A stretch of DNA of 64,000 bases from Trichodelitschia bisporula. Taxonomy: Eukaryota. The position numbers and the translations under genes are program-made. Within the stretch, counting starts at the first letter, position 1, and each line of letters begins with the position of its first letter. The notes under the pieces are model-generated. The model saw nothing but the letters and a program-made list of their open reading frames with translations. It had not been told where the DNA came from and made no database searches. The stretch spans positions 762,691-826,690 of the forward strand of contig ML996689.1 in assembly GCA_010356995.1 (NCBI GenBank), written 5' to 3'. This document shows positions 12,521 through 25,500 of this stretch, one piece after another.

Positions 12521-14494
12521 GCAGAAGGTCGTTCCGCTAGACGCCTTCGCGCTACTCTGTGACTGTGTGGTGAACCTGACACAGCCGTGTATGTTCCGAT
12601 GGGCAAGATGCTGACTGATTCCTTTACCCACGAGAAAAACGTTGCGACAGTACCTTCCGAGGCGTGCGAGGGTCTCTAGAACTAGTCCTCCCCTACAGCA
12701 TGCGCAACGTGCCTGAAATTTGAAATGGTTGACCATGCGATTGGCTCTAGAGTTGACGAGCTGCCCCTCCTCGTACCTGTCTGGAGCCGTTGAATCACCA
12801 GTAAAACAAGCTGAAGTCAGCCGTTTCTTCAGCAGCAGTTCAGCAGCTCCCACACTCCTACCCCACTCATCAAGGCCCGCGGTCCCGAAATATTCAATAC
12901 AAATGATGCAACGCAACCCACGCCGCCGAGTAATCGGACGGAACAGCGGAAAGGGCGGTGCGTGGCGCTTGTGGTTGCGATCGGGGCACTTGAGGAGCTT
13001 GCAAACACGCCGCACATCGAACTTCTCTCGCCTTGTGTCTGATGTCTCTTTGTCGCAGGTTGTGAGTTGCGTATGCTTTACGACTTACACTTCAAATTCT
13101 AGAGACTAGCAACCATCAATTACTATGCGACAGCCGCTCGTTTACCCGTCTATGCCGCCTCCGCCACCTTCGTCGCCTCCTACGTATGCTCGGATTACTC
13201 CGTAGTAGTTCTAGTAGGCCAGCCTACCGAGGCGAACACATCTTGTGCTCGTAACCATACACCTCACTTCTAGAGAACTATCCTCCCCTACCCCGCTCTA
13301 TCACGAGCATCATCACCATCACAGATCAAGACGTGGTCATCTCGCATTGGCATAATTCGTATGCATTGTTTTTGCCGAATATTACAGTTACTTCGAGTTA
13401 CAACTCTTGAGAGCACAGCTCCCAACATCGATGAGGGTTCCAGGTCCTGCCGTCCCCCCCAATCCTTTGTCCCCAGAAAGCACAGCTTCCGGTCCAGCAC
13501 CGTTTGTAGGCGGTGACCCTGTATTTCGTTCCCCCCACCGCCATTAAAACCCAACGAAATCCCGTTTATCCCATTACGAACTTCGGTTCCCAAGACAATC
13601 CAACACCTCTCTCTTTCCCAGCCGAGGCTCGGTTTCCGCAAGCAGAAGGTCCTTCCTCGTATGCTGGTTTTTCCCGTTCCACAATCCATGCGCCACGGGC
13701 GACATGTAGTTTCCCGGGTTCGAGTTCGTTGTCGTCCCGTTCCCCCAAAGGCGTATCTGGTACAAAGAGAGTCCGATGTGTCTCAATTGTCGGCGAGTGA
13801 AAAGAAAAAAGAGGAAACACTACAGTCGCATAACCGGATGCGAAGCAATGTCCCATCGTCGTTGTCGCCCAATAACCAGAGAGGGGTAGACGGGTGTTGA
13901 AAATGAAGGCGGGGACCGGAAGAGCCGTCAATCATGCCCGAGCTCCGTCGTAATCCAAATCCCGCAGACCCTTCCACCGCGAACGACATTAAGTATGAGA
14001 AGGGAAGATGCAAAGGTTCCACCTTCATAGCCGCGAGGCTGCCCATGTAGATCTCTAACTGAAACGACGAGAAGCCTCCCAGAGATGCATGCAAAAAGAT
14101 AAGACCAAGTCGAAGTGAAGAGATGGCCCCGGCCATTGTATGCAACAGACCAAAAAAAAAGTGACAACGCTCGCTCAAACAACATGACAGACAAAGGGAA
14201 TAAAAGGGAATCCAAGGAAAAATGAGGTATCACTCCGGAGTGTCGAATTGGCCTCCGCTCGCATCGATCAAAACGCCGTCCCAGATGCACTTGGTATGGA
14301 TGTCTCGACATCAAATCGTACAGCATCGCATTCCTCGTCTCGTGAAAATATGCCGCAAATCTAAACGCGTTTTTCTGCCGCGGTTTGAAGAGTGTGGTCG
14401 AAGAAGTGAATACGAACTCGGCGAATCACGAGGTTCTCCGTGGCCCGCCGTCGAGCTTGTTGTTGGGACTTCTCGCATGCCCATACTCACCCGC

Positions 14495-15574
14495 TTACAT
14501 CGTTGCCGCGTAAGCGGGCGGCATGTCGCTGTAGCTCCAGAACGGCGCGAAGCTTGACATGCTGACGCTGGGCATGCATTGCGGCATCAACATGCTGGGC
14601 AACGGCAGGCTGGCATACGACGCGCTCGTCACGGCGAGGGATGCTGTCGTCTGCGGCGGCGAGTAGTAGTCGCCAGACGAGCAGTACGGGGTGCTGAAGG
14701 ACGGCGTAGGCGACGGGAGCTGCACCTGATCCATGGCCATGGTCGCCCAGAAGCTCGGCTGGGAATCCGTAGTGCAGGCGGCCACCGTCGGGCTCGGCGT
14801 CGAGGGCAGGACTCGCCACGAATCGACGGGTGTGGGCTGCGGTTGGGGCAGCGACTGCGTCGGCGCCCACCAGCTCCCGTTCTGCACTCCGGAGGAGCTG
14901 GGGAGCAGAGGCGCCGGGCGCACCACGTCGACGATCCGCGGGGGCGGCGGCAGCAGCGGCAGGAAGAGCTGCGTGATGGCGTTCTTGACGTCCTCGCTGC
15001 GGCCGTCGAGCAGTTCACCGGCACCATCCTCCTCGAGGCCCTCGAGGGCGCGGACACCCGTGCGAAAGACGAACCGATTCACGGCCTGGACGAATTCCTC
15101 CTGGAGCTTCTTCAGCTGCACCTCCTTCTCGGGCCAGCTCCAGGTGTTGGCGGACACGTCGACGGAGTAGATGTCCTTGTGGTACTTGACCAGGTCGTCG
15201 ATGGTCTCCGGGGTCAACTTGAATGCAACCTCATGCTGTGACACCATGTCGACGTGCACGACGTAGGCCTCGATGTGCACCAGCTGGTAGTTGAACATGG
15301 CCTCGACGAGCGGGTTGCTGGAATCCTTGACCAGTTCGGAATCGGGCTTCTTGGGCAGCATTATGGAGCACAGGGTCCATATCGCCAGCGTTGAAGAGAG
15401 CGTTTCCGTCAGGCATCGATAGTGCTGTGGCACGCTGTTGAGTGGACGCTTGATCTTGTTTATGCGCTTGAGCGTTTGCGTTAACCATGGCTCGACCTTG
15501 GAACCGAGGACGATTGTCGGTGCGGAGCGAGGAGCGAAGGCTGCGGCCGAGGCCGGCAGAAGGTTTATAGGCAT
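14495..15574 (-). CDS. Conserved fungal hypothetical protein, 359 aa, intronless
   Basis: Strong GC3 codon bias. The N-terminus (LLPASAAAFAPRS..KVEPWLTQTLKRIN..HIEAYVVHVDMV) resembles a Pezizomycotina-wide uncharacterised family; P/S-rich tail. Confidence 0.8.
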   Translation of the reverse strand: MPINLLPASAAAFAPRSAPTIVLGSKVEPWLTQTLKRINKIKRPLNSVPQHYRCLTETLSSTLAIWTLCSIMLPKKPDSELVKDSSNPLVEAMFNYQLVHIEAYVVHVDMVSQHEVAFKLTPETIDDLVKYHKDIYSVDVSANTWSWPEKEVQLKKLQEEFVQAVNRFVFRTGVRALEGLEEDGAGELLDGRSEDVKNAITQLFLPLLPPPPRIVDVVRPAPLLPSSSGVQNGSWWAPTQSLPQPQPTPVDSWRVLPSTPSPTVAACTTDSQPSFWATMAMDQVQLPSPTPSFSTPYCSSGDYYSPPQTTASLAVTSASYASLPLPSMLMPQCMPSVSMSSFAPFWSYSDMPPAYAATM

Positions 15575-18500
15575 TGCGACGACAGCACAGCAACGAGGAA
15601 GAAGGAAAAGGTAGGATTAACGAAAGAGAATGCCGGATTACTATTCCAGAATGGCAGTCGGTGTGCAAAACGGAGGTGACGAAGTGAAAGACTGAGACAA
15701 GAAAGGAAAGATCCCCAGAGAATTAGAGGCGGAGGAGTGTGCACGCCTGAAAGTTCGTGATATTCGTGTGTGGAGGTGGGGGATTGTGAAAGAGGGGGGG
15801 GTTGAAAGGTGGGGAGGGGAGGGGGAGAGTGAAGAAATAAGAGGAAGGACGAATGAGAGGCGGAGGATGGAGAGAGAGGATGGGGAGGGTGGGTAAGGAA
15901 AAAGAGGGCTAGCTAAGGTGGGAGGGTGAGCCTTCTTTTGTATGTAGAAGAAAAGAGGCTATGGAGCCTTGCGGAGGGCTACTACTGGTGAAGGTCCTGG
16001 GCGGGGGAGGGTGTGGAATGATGGGGGGGTGGGGAGGGGTGGGAGGGGTATGATGGTGGTGGTGGTGGGTATGCAAGGCCCTTGCGGAGGCCATGCAGGC
16101 CTTGCCGAGCAGCAGCAGCATGCAGGAAGCGGACCGGACAGTATGCAAGTCCCATAGTAGTGAGAGACGGAGTAGGGTGAGAGAGTAGAGGGAACATGGG
16201 TGGTTGTGTGGAGTGGTGGGAATATGGATAGACTTGCCGATGGGATGGACGTCTTCCTGCACCCAGCCCCAACATGCAAGCCGGTGCAAGCCTTGCAAAG
16301 CGCGACGGCCGACGTGCATCGGCGCCCTGACCCGACTGCTGCGCATCAGACTTGTCGCCGCCTCCGTCCGCCGGAGTCACCCCCAAGCGTGCATATTTTT
16401 TGCGCTTGCGCAATACTTTCTTGCTCTCTACCTGATGTTAACCGATAGTTACCTAGCACGCAACTGCGCAGTCACCGCGATCACCGTGCGTAGATCGCGC
16501 GTACACACAACCACCCACGATGCAGCAAAAATTGGCTCGGCAACATCATGAAAGCTGAAGCCTGGCCCCAAACAGCCAGACGCCTCCATCGCCAAAGTCG
16601 CAAAGCGCGTCTTCTGCTATCCTAAACGGCCGCTGTGGCCGCGCCAGCCCACTCGTTGAAAGTCTCGCCCTGGAGATGAATTACCGCATAAAGCTGAGCG
16701 CCCAGCCAGAATGCATTGCATGCACGGAGATGAACGTCCCCCCAAAAGCAATGCTCACTGGATGATGGAGATGGCATCAGCCACCGTGTGCAGACTGTGG
16801 AGAGTACCTAAGCGGGGATGTTGCTGCACGTTTAGGACATAATAGCTGAGAGAGCAGCTAGTTCGGCATAGTGTCGGTCTACTCGGTCGACGGCCGCTGC
16901 GGAACTTAGGAGAGCGGCATGTAGGCTACGGAGTCCGCGATGAGAGACTAAAGGCGAGAGTCCGCAAGGCGAGCCCTACAGCATCATCGATGTTCTGCAA
17001 CTCAATACTGCATTGCAGATACGTCGCAGACGGGATGGCGGAGGGTACGCGAATGCGCGATGCGGCCATGCAGGTTTCCCCATCACGGCGAAATTGCCCG
17101 TTCCGGACATGTGGAGAGAGGAGCAACGTCGAGCCCTCTTTTCCCAACTCTCGATTTGGGACTTGGATGGAGGGATTAGCCACCTCAAGGCGAAAAGAGC
17201 ATCTTGACATGGTGATAGGTTGTTGAAGAAGTTCAACTATTTTGGGGCAGCAAACGTCCCGACCAATAGGTCCGCCAAGACGCCCTGAGCTGACGCCACA
17301 GGAAGACCCATGTGGCCAGTGAGAGGCGGCGGGGATCCATGTGATCTCTTGATCTCACCCTCCGATACCCTGGAGCCTTGCGAGAGGCAGGACTGGGGGG
17401 GCTGGAGAGATGGAGATTACTATGATCTTGCTACGCGCGATATGAAAGATTGTTGCATAAGAGAATGGTGTCCTTCAACGAGAGCGAAGAGCATGAAAGC
17501 GCAAGTTACAACTGTTCCGTCCGTGTGTCTCTACAGTTTTCTGCATCGGTCTCGTCCGCTGCACGCGACAAGGCAGATAGATTTTTTGCCATTGACATGA
17601 TGTCAGGGCCTCGTTCTGCTCGCCTTCCCCGAGCCACATCGGGCTGGATGGGAGGCTGTGCGGGTGGCGTTGCCCCTCCAAGCCACCCGGCCGGTCCGAA
17701 ACACCCCGCGTCTCCTCCTTCCAACTCCCCACGCCATCCCCCAACATGTCCCAAGTCCAACTCTTCTCATCCGTCGCTCGCCTTAGTGATCCCGTCACCC
17801 TAAACTGTACGGAGTACTGCATCTATCTCTCCAACTAAACCCCCCTGTTAAAGCCCACTCCCCTCCCCGGAAATGCACAGTCGCCATGTTTTGCACATCA
17901 GAGAAACAGCGTCAAGTTATCCGGCCAGTGACCTTTCCGGTCGACTCGGAGCGCTCCGCCCTAAGAGAGAAAATCCTCCGTAGTCGCAATTTGTACCCAA
18001 CAGTCCACGGGACACACAGCATTGGGCGTCTCCGGGAGTGGGTGCGGTTAACGCCCGACGTTAGGGTACGGCACGGTACGAAGGCACGGAAGGCTCGCCT
18101 GTTTTCTTGGGACCTTGGAGTTCCCTCGAGAAAATATAGTCAGGTGTCACTCGTTCCCGCGCAAAGGCTGAATAGGGACTTCGGTCCTTTGGTCCTGTGG
18201 TCGATTGTTACTTCCCCCCAGCTCGCGGCATTTTCGCGCCGCGCACAATCTGGCTTCGGGTTTCACGGGCGCGAAGTCTTCGCTTCCTGGGTCGCGCCGA
18301 GTGGTGGTGAGTCCCGGGCTGTATCTCAACTCAAAACCGCGTCGTGTACCGCAAGTTGGCTCCTGCTAACCGTCGTTGACTGTTCGCGTGGGGTAACCTT
18401 CATACCAAAAGAGTGTTCCGAAGACCGGAGGCGCGGGTTAATCGATACACCAAGCCCTGCCGCCTGGGATCTGGGATGATTTGGGCCAGCCTTCAAGCCT

Positions 18501-21092
18501 GCAAAAGGTATCCTAACCGTGGGGCGGGAAACGGGCTGCGCCTCAGGGCTTGCGCGGTCAGTGTCGATTGTCGGGGCGAAAAAGCGCTTGGATCTCCTTG
18601 CATGTTTTCCCTCCTGCGGGACGGTGCAGAGTGCAGATGTCCAAACTGAACCTCAGCTGGACAGGGGTCAGTCGAAGTGTGGCTATGTCCCACAGTGCCC
18701 GCCAACCGGCTTCCGCGTGCCGAGAGAATGCGGCCGTTTGGAAAACCTGCTCCCCCACACACACGACGACGACAGATGCGATGGCAACATCATTTGCCCG
18801 CCTCTACCTCATACGTCCCATAACACGGGATCTACGCCTATTGCAGGCCGGCTAATGCTCCAACTTATTGATGAACAGCGATAGACCGCTCCGCATTTCG
18901 CGTTTCGGACACACGTTCGGCCTGCACGTTGGAGTCATCGCTGCAGGCGAGCGACATGAAGCCGTCGGTCCTCCCACAGGTGCAGCTGCTTGGCCGTTGA
19001 CGATGCAAGGCGGCGGGGGGGCGTGTCGGTGACTCACCTGTTTCGTCGCGTCCCTTTTGACCCGCGACTAAAACGGCATCGCAGCTTTTCGAGAACCTTG
19101 ACGCGTGCTTCTTTCGCGTTCTTCTGCTCAGCTTGCCCAGTCTTCTCCGTCAGCTGCCATTGTTGCACCACGCTTGCTGACCGCCTGCCTTTTGCGCGTC
19201 TGTTTCGTCATCTGCGGCCTGCCGGTCTCACGACGCGCCGTACACGCATTCATCCATCCACCTTTGCTAACCCAGTCGCGAGCGCGTATTTTCCGGGCCG
19301 CCGTCGTTCTGTCGTGAGGCCGTGGGCCCGGGGGCCTTGAACCTGAGTGCGGTTATTCACGGCTTCGACGAACCACCTCCCCCTCCCCGGCACCTTCCAC
19401 TATTTTTGCCCGGTCTCACCAGGATGCAGTGTCGCCATTTATCCTCTATCGATATTGTCTTCTTCAGGATATGCCCGCAGCGCCCACCCTTGATATTGCA
19501 GATATGCAGAACAAAGTCCGGGTAAGTTGCGTGGAAATCGTCGGACCAAGTCCGCATTCGTGCTCGTGCTCCTCCAACATCCCTTTACCCATTTCCTGAA
19601 ACAGCGCCCGCCCCTGCCCACCCCGGCCTTTGAGACCCGTCAAAAGGCGCCCCGGTCGATCCTCATTGCTGGGGTTTGAGCTTCTCGGACATGCGTCCAT
19701 ATCGTTGGCCACGTCCGGGGTCCGGCTGCAGTTGTCGTCGTTCGGTTCGTCTCGACGCCTGATCTAGGTCCCCTCCCTTGGTTGCCGTCTTCCGCACCTC
19801 TGCCTTGCCTTGCATGCCTGGGGTCTTGCGGGCGAGGCGCGCGAAACGCAGGACATGGCCTAGGCAATCTTGAGGAGGCTTGCGCGGAATCGGGTGCGCT
19901 TCTGCTTGGTCGACGAGGACAAGCCCCCCGCTGTCCGCCTGTGCGTGATATCCGCACCCTGGCGGCATAGCGCGATGGGCGGATAGCAGAGCTGGTGCAG
20001 GTAGATCAGTCGAGGTTGAGATTGTCGACTGGGGGGGGAGATCGAGATGTGCCGGATGAGGAATTGGAATGTGCGTAATGCGCTCCTGGATGCGTCGTGG
20101 GGGCGTGAAGAGCCGAGATGCCGCCGGGGCGGGCTTGCGTCACTGCGAGGGGTTGCTGTATGGGATAGGACGACTTTTGTTGGGGATATTTCGACGGTGG
20201 AGGGAGGGATAGGATCCCATTGCTAGGTATGCGGCCGGAGCGGTGGCTGCGGTGTTTTGCGGCGGATTCGGGTACTCTCGGTGATGCGTTGATTTAGACA
20301 CTGGACAGCCTCGCGGTTACCGGTAGGATGGAGACACGGACAAGGAGACGTTATGCCATCCCAACAGTCTCGCCTCGTTCCGGGGCAAGACGGTGAAGGG
20401 TAAATCGGCATCCTGATCCAGGCTACGCCGTGATGGCATGTCTCGAGGACATTAGTGCCATGCGGTAGACGCTTTTCGCGAATGTGATGAAAAGCTGGGG
20501 TATGAGACATTGACGAGTGCACTGTCCTCGCCGCTCCGCAGCTCCGCATCGTGGCGGTCTTTGAGAGCGGGGGAGGCTGGAAAGCGATTACCGGTTTGGG
20601 AAGGGTGATGATGTGGGATGTTCGGTCACGTGGATATATGGTTTTGGGGTGACGATGGAGACAGGACTCGGACCGAAGAGGCGCTGAAGCTGTTTCTGTG
20701 GTACCGTGTTTGAATGTAATCGGACTGTTTGGTTTGTTCGAGTTGTGAGGTCAGCACAATTGATGATGAAACGGAACATGCCGGCAGGGTCGAGGTCTGC
20801 CCTATTCACGACACCGAAAACCTTGAGTCACGGGCTCAACGTCGACACCGCGACAGTCAACGACAACACAACTGTTCACGGCCCTCTTCAAATATATCAC
20901 TAACTTTTTTCTCTCCCACTAAAATTGCCATTCCGTGAAGCTCCGCAGACCTCCTACGTCCTGTAAAGTAAAATTCTCACAACGCTTCCCTCTAAGCGCA
21001 GCGTGACCCAGCTCCGCAACCCCCCCGAACGCCTTGCAAGGCCTCTATCAAAATCCCAACTCCTCCAACCCCTCCACCAAACCCTCACCACC

Positions 21093-22145
21093 ATGGCACG
21101 CGGAGGTCGTGGAGGACGCGGCGGCCGCGGCGGCGGCTCCGGAGGGCAGTCGCGCGAGATCACGGTCTCCAAGAAAGTAAGCTGGCTGCTGCGTCACGGG
21201 GCGGAGAAGGAAGGCTTGACGCTGGGACCGGGTGGGTATGTCAATGTTCAGGACGTGGTGCGTATACACCTTTCTTCCCAGCCCAACTCCTAAATCCACA
21301 TCCGAACATCAACGCGGCGCTCATCTGCCTCCCGCATGGCAATGGTCATATATCATGGGATTTGCGCTGACGCGCTCTAGCTGAATACCCGCACCCTCCG
21401 CTCCCTGAAGGTAACCTTCGACGAACTCCGCGCCCTCGTCGCAACGAACGACAAGCAACGCTTCAGCCTGATTCCTGCGTCCGCCGCCCCCCCCTCCACC
21501 TCCACCACCTCCACTACCTCCGCCCCCCCACCAGCCAACGACTCCTCAACCACCGCCACCAACCCCGCAACCACAGACCTAGCCCCTATCCCCCCAAACC
21601 CGAACCTCGCAAACCCCGATCTCCGCCCGGCTAGTCCTGCGGATCCCAGTACATTCCTCATCCGCGCAAACCAAGGGCACAGCATCGCCGTCGCAGAAGA
21701 GGGATTACTGGAACCGTTGACGCTGGACGGCCCCCTCCCACGCATCGTAGTCCACGGTACCACCCACGCCGCCTGGCCTAAGATCCTAGCTTCAGGCGGT
21801 ATGAAACGGATGACGCGCAACCACGTGCACTTTGCCATGGGCCTGCCCGCGGGGTTACAGCCACTCGAGGGCGAGGGGGAACGAGCGGAGGAGGGGGGAG
21901 GTGAAATCGCGCATGTGAAGAGCGGGATTAGGGCTAGTAGTTCTGTGTTGATTTATTTGGATTTGGAGAAGGCGATGAGGGCGGGGTTGAGGTTTTGGAG
22001 GAGTGAGAATGGGGTTGTGCTTTGTGAGGGGGATGGGGAGGGGGTGATTGGCGTTGAGTTTTTTGCGAGGGTAGAGGAGAGGAGGAAAGGTCTGGGGGTG
22101 CTGATGAGGGATGGGGTTTTGGTTAAGGATTTGGAGGGGGTTTGA
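21093..22145 (+). CDS. TPT1: tRNA 2'-phosphotransferase (KptA/Tpt1)
   Basis: SKKVSWLLRHGA, NDKQRF, IRANQGHSI, HGT, RNHVHFA, SENGVVL motifs; intron 21258-21380 (GTGCGT..GCTGAC..TAG); N-terminal RGG repeats. Confidence 0.95.
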
Positions 22146-22477
22146 GGGGGTGCATTGGGGGAGGGAATGAGGGTGTTGGGGATGAGGTGCAGGTATGCCG
22201 GCTGCTGTCACTGGCCTCGGGTCGTGCCCATGAAGGCTACATATCACTGGTAGTAATATGAACCCGCACATCCATTTCGCACGCTTCGGATCCGTTGATG
22301 TTCCAACGAAGCCGAAGAAATGGCCAGTGGATGAGTCTTCGAAGATACTACCAGCCTATCCAAGCCGAAGCTTCAAGGTCTTTCTCAATTGCAATCATAG
22401 AACACTGCTAGCACCCAACCCTCAAGCCGCATCCTGATCCGCCTGTCCCCCTCTACGGTCCAAATCCTAGGTGGATT

Positions 22478-22870
22478 GCATACCTTTTCTGTGTAACTGC
22501 TAGGGACTACATACTTTTCTATGTAACTGCTAGTGAGTACATGCATTCTCTATGCAACTGATAGTGAGTACATACTTGTTCTATGTAAATGCTAGCGAGT
22601 ACATGCTCATTCTATGTAAATGCTAGCGAGTACGGATGTACACACTTTACTATGTAACCTCTAGCGAATACGCACTTTGCTATGTAACTACTAGCGAATA
22701 CGCACTTTGCTATGTAACTACTAGCAAATACGCACTTTGCTATGTAACTGCTAGGGAATACATACACATTCTATGTAACTGCTAGGGAATACACACTTTG
22801 CCATGCAACTACCGGCAAATACACACTTTGCTATGTAACTGCTAGGGACTACATACTCTTTCTATGTAAT
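22478..22870. repeat. Minisatellite, ~13 units of ~30-31 bp (consensus approx. CTATGTAACTGCTAGGGAATACACACTTTG)
   Basis: The CTATGTAAC..CTAG core recurs about every 30 bp. Confidence 0.92.
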
Positions 22871-25500
22871 CCGAAACGACGTATATACTTTCGCTCTCCT
22901 TCCCTTCCCAACGGGGTGGGCTCGGGCCTACGTCTCTACGTGCTGCGCCTGCGGCAACTCACTGTCCGGTATGGGTTGCCATGAGATGATGGCGGAGATC
23001 CGCTCCCACGTTGCTCGCTAAGTGTACTTGAGTATGTGGGCATCAGGTCCGACATACCTTCGGGAGCGCGCTGACGGCTGAGGACCTACAGGCGGCGTAC
23101 CGTACTTCCGAGCGTGACCGAGGTGTAGAAGGTACGCTTTCATCTCCAGCTAGTTGGGTAAACAGCAATTGGGTGGTGATGAGTATGCGGTGTTGAGTCT
23201 ACCGGTAAGCTTGTCGCTGTGAAATTCATTGTTTTGAGCATGCTCTTCTTCAACGTCGGGTAAGGCTGAGGGCTTGCCGATGGATAGACGAAGTGGTTCA
23301 AATGGTGGTTGAGCTAGCTGAGAGTTTAAGTTCTTCGTGGGAGTAGTGTGTGGCTGATTGCGAGGAGGACGGAGCGATATGACACGTTGGTATGTAAACC
23401 GCTGTGTCTTTAGTATATCGAGGTCGATGACACTGAAGGGGATGTCAGCCCATGCGAGGATCATAACCGGCTTCATGACACGAACTTCGAGTTTAGAGAC
23501 ATTAGAGATGTAAACAACTACTCTCGTCAATCATAGCAACAACAGTAAACATCAACCTCATTCATCATGTCCCGCCGTTCACTGTGAGAATCATTTTGTC
23601 AGCATCACTTCTTCCCCGTATCCACCCCGCCCACAAAAGAAGCTCACCAAGCTCCCGCCCTACCAACCCACCTTCCCCATCCAGCCAAGCCACACACGCA
23701 CGGCAGCTACGCCACCAAGCCGCCTTCCCCGCACTTTGCTGCCCCGCCCTTGCATGTTGCGCATGTTTATAAGCTCGGGAACATGGGTTCGGCGCGATGC
23801 TACGCTACTGTGCGAGGTTTCGAGTACGCGAATACGTGAGGTTGGGCGATCGGGCGGGGCAATGCGGCGACGTCGGAGCGGTGAGTGAGGTTGTGAGTGG
23901 AGATGAAGGAATGAGATGAAAGGATGCGGAGGCAGAAGGGTCTTGTTTATCACGGTTTGGTATCGGCGGGCGTTGACGGGGTGACTGTTCCAGGCCGGAC
24001 GAGGTGCGGCGTACGACTGAGATCGCAATATGGGGAGATTTGGTACTCTCGGTAGGGCTTGGGCGCGCCGTTTTTTGTGTACTTAAGGTTCGATTGCGGT
24101 GAGGAGGAGAGATGCTTCGGGCTGTTTGCTATTTCGATGACGACGAGTCGCAGTTGGGCGTCGTTCGGGGGAATGGATGCACCGTTGACGGGGTGCTGCA
24201 GCGGGGCCTGTGGGGTAGGGCGGCGGCATGCGGGGTTGGAGATGCATATACGGATGGAATGCTGACGGGGGAAGTGTCATCTCTTCGTGATCGGTGGCGA
24301 TCCGCGGATGAGGCCTTTACGCAACGTGCTCGGCCCGCGTGGTATAGTAGAGCCGCTCAGCGCAGCATCTCGGGAGAGCATCGCAGGTGAGCATCTCTTA
24401 TTAGCCGAAGCTTAACTTCAGCCCCACCGGCGGCATTCCCGTCTCCACACACGCTAAAGAAGCGTAACGCCAATTGTTGACCGTTGAAGACGACAATGGG
24501 ATGGCGTCCGCCTTCATGCCCAGTTCTCTTCATCCCCGCAACACTCCCTTGCGAATGCAACAACGCCGTGTGACATCTCTCCGCACTTCCTGCACTACGC
24601 CGGTCTCATGCGGCTCCCTTACCACGAAATTGCTGTTGATGATGGAGGAGGACTTCGGGCCTAGCGGCGATCTTCGCCATTCCGGGCGCAAAGCCGTCAT
24701 CTCGTGATTGATGGGGTCAGCGAAGTTGACAAGACATCGTCCAGGTTCAATGCCTGACTGGCAGTTCTCCCGTCGCCCATGAGGGCATGTCGCTCGCCAT
24801 GATGCGTTTGCGGAGAGCTGTCCGCCTGATCTCGCATGCCCTTTGCCGTACTCGGTGCCGTCCTCCGATGCTCCGGACCCGCATGCAAGCTTCCCCGCCA
24901 CGCGAACAACGGGCCAGAAGCTGGAGTTGGGATGACGACGATCGAGCGGAACTGCCGATGGCCGACGGAACGGTGCTCTATTCCTCTGGCTGGGTTGTAC
25001 CTTGACCTGGGTCTGTGGAGCAACGCTTTCAAGGATCTCTGGATTAGCAGAATACAAAAGATGCGCGGGTGTCCCGGTGTTCGGCTTCTATTTGTTTATT
25101 GCGGCTCTCGGTCTCTCATCTGCTGCTTAATTGACGGCTTCGACCTTTTCTGCTGTTTAAGACAACTGACGTATACTCCGTGTGTTCCTTCTTGCGATCC
25201 CGTCGACATTGCCTCCCCCTCACTCCCTCCATTTAGCCAGTGCAGGTCGCACCGTCAGCACAAAAGCACACAGAACCATTACCAACCTCTCGCGCCGTCG
25301 ATCGCGCACTCATCATCTTCATCCAGCCTCATACACTCATCCGCTATTCATTCCCAGCAACAGAAAACATCTTATCTTCAACCTCACACACTCCACCGTC
25401 GTCGCGAAACGAACCACCCACCCCCCGCCTCTCCACGCGTTAAAAACGCCTCTCCCGCTCCCTTGCAGCCCCTCGGCGCCTCCCCTCGGCTCCCCCCGCC

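Noticed and set aside
22478..22870. CRISPR array
   Set aside because: Eukaryotic context, no unique spacers, no cas genes.
23560..24300. Minus-strand spliced gene or snoRNA (GTGAGC..GCTGAC..CAG then ATGATGA)
   Set aside because: A single intron-like signal with no recognisable ORF or paired D box and stem.
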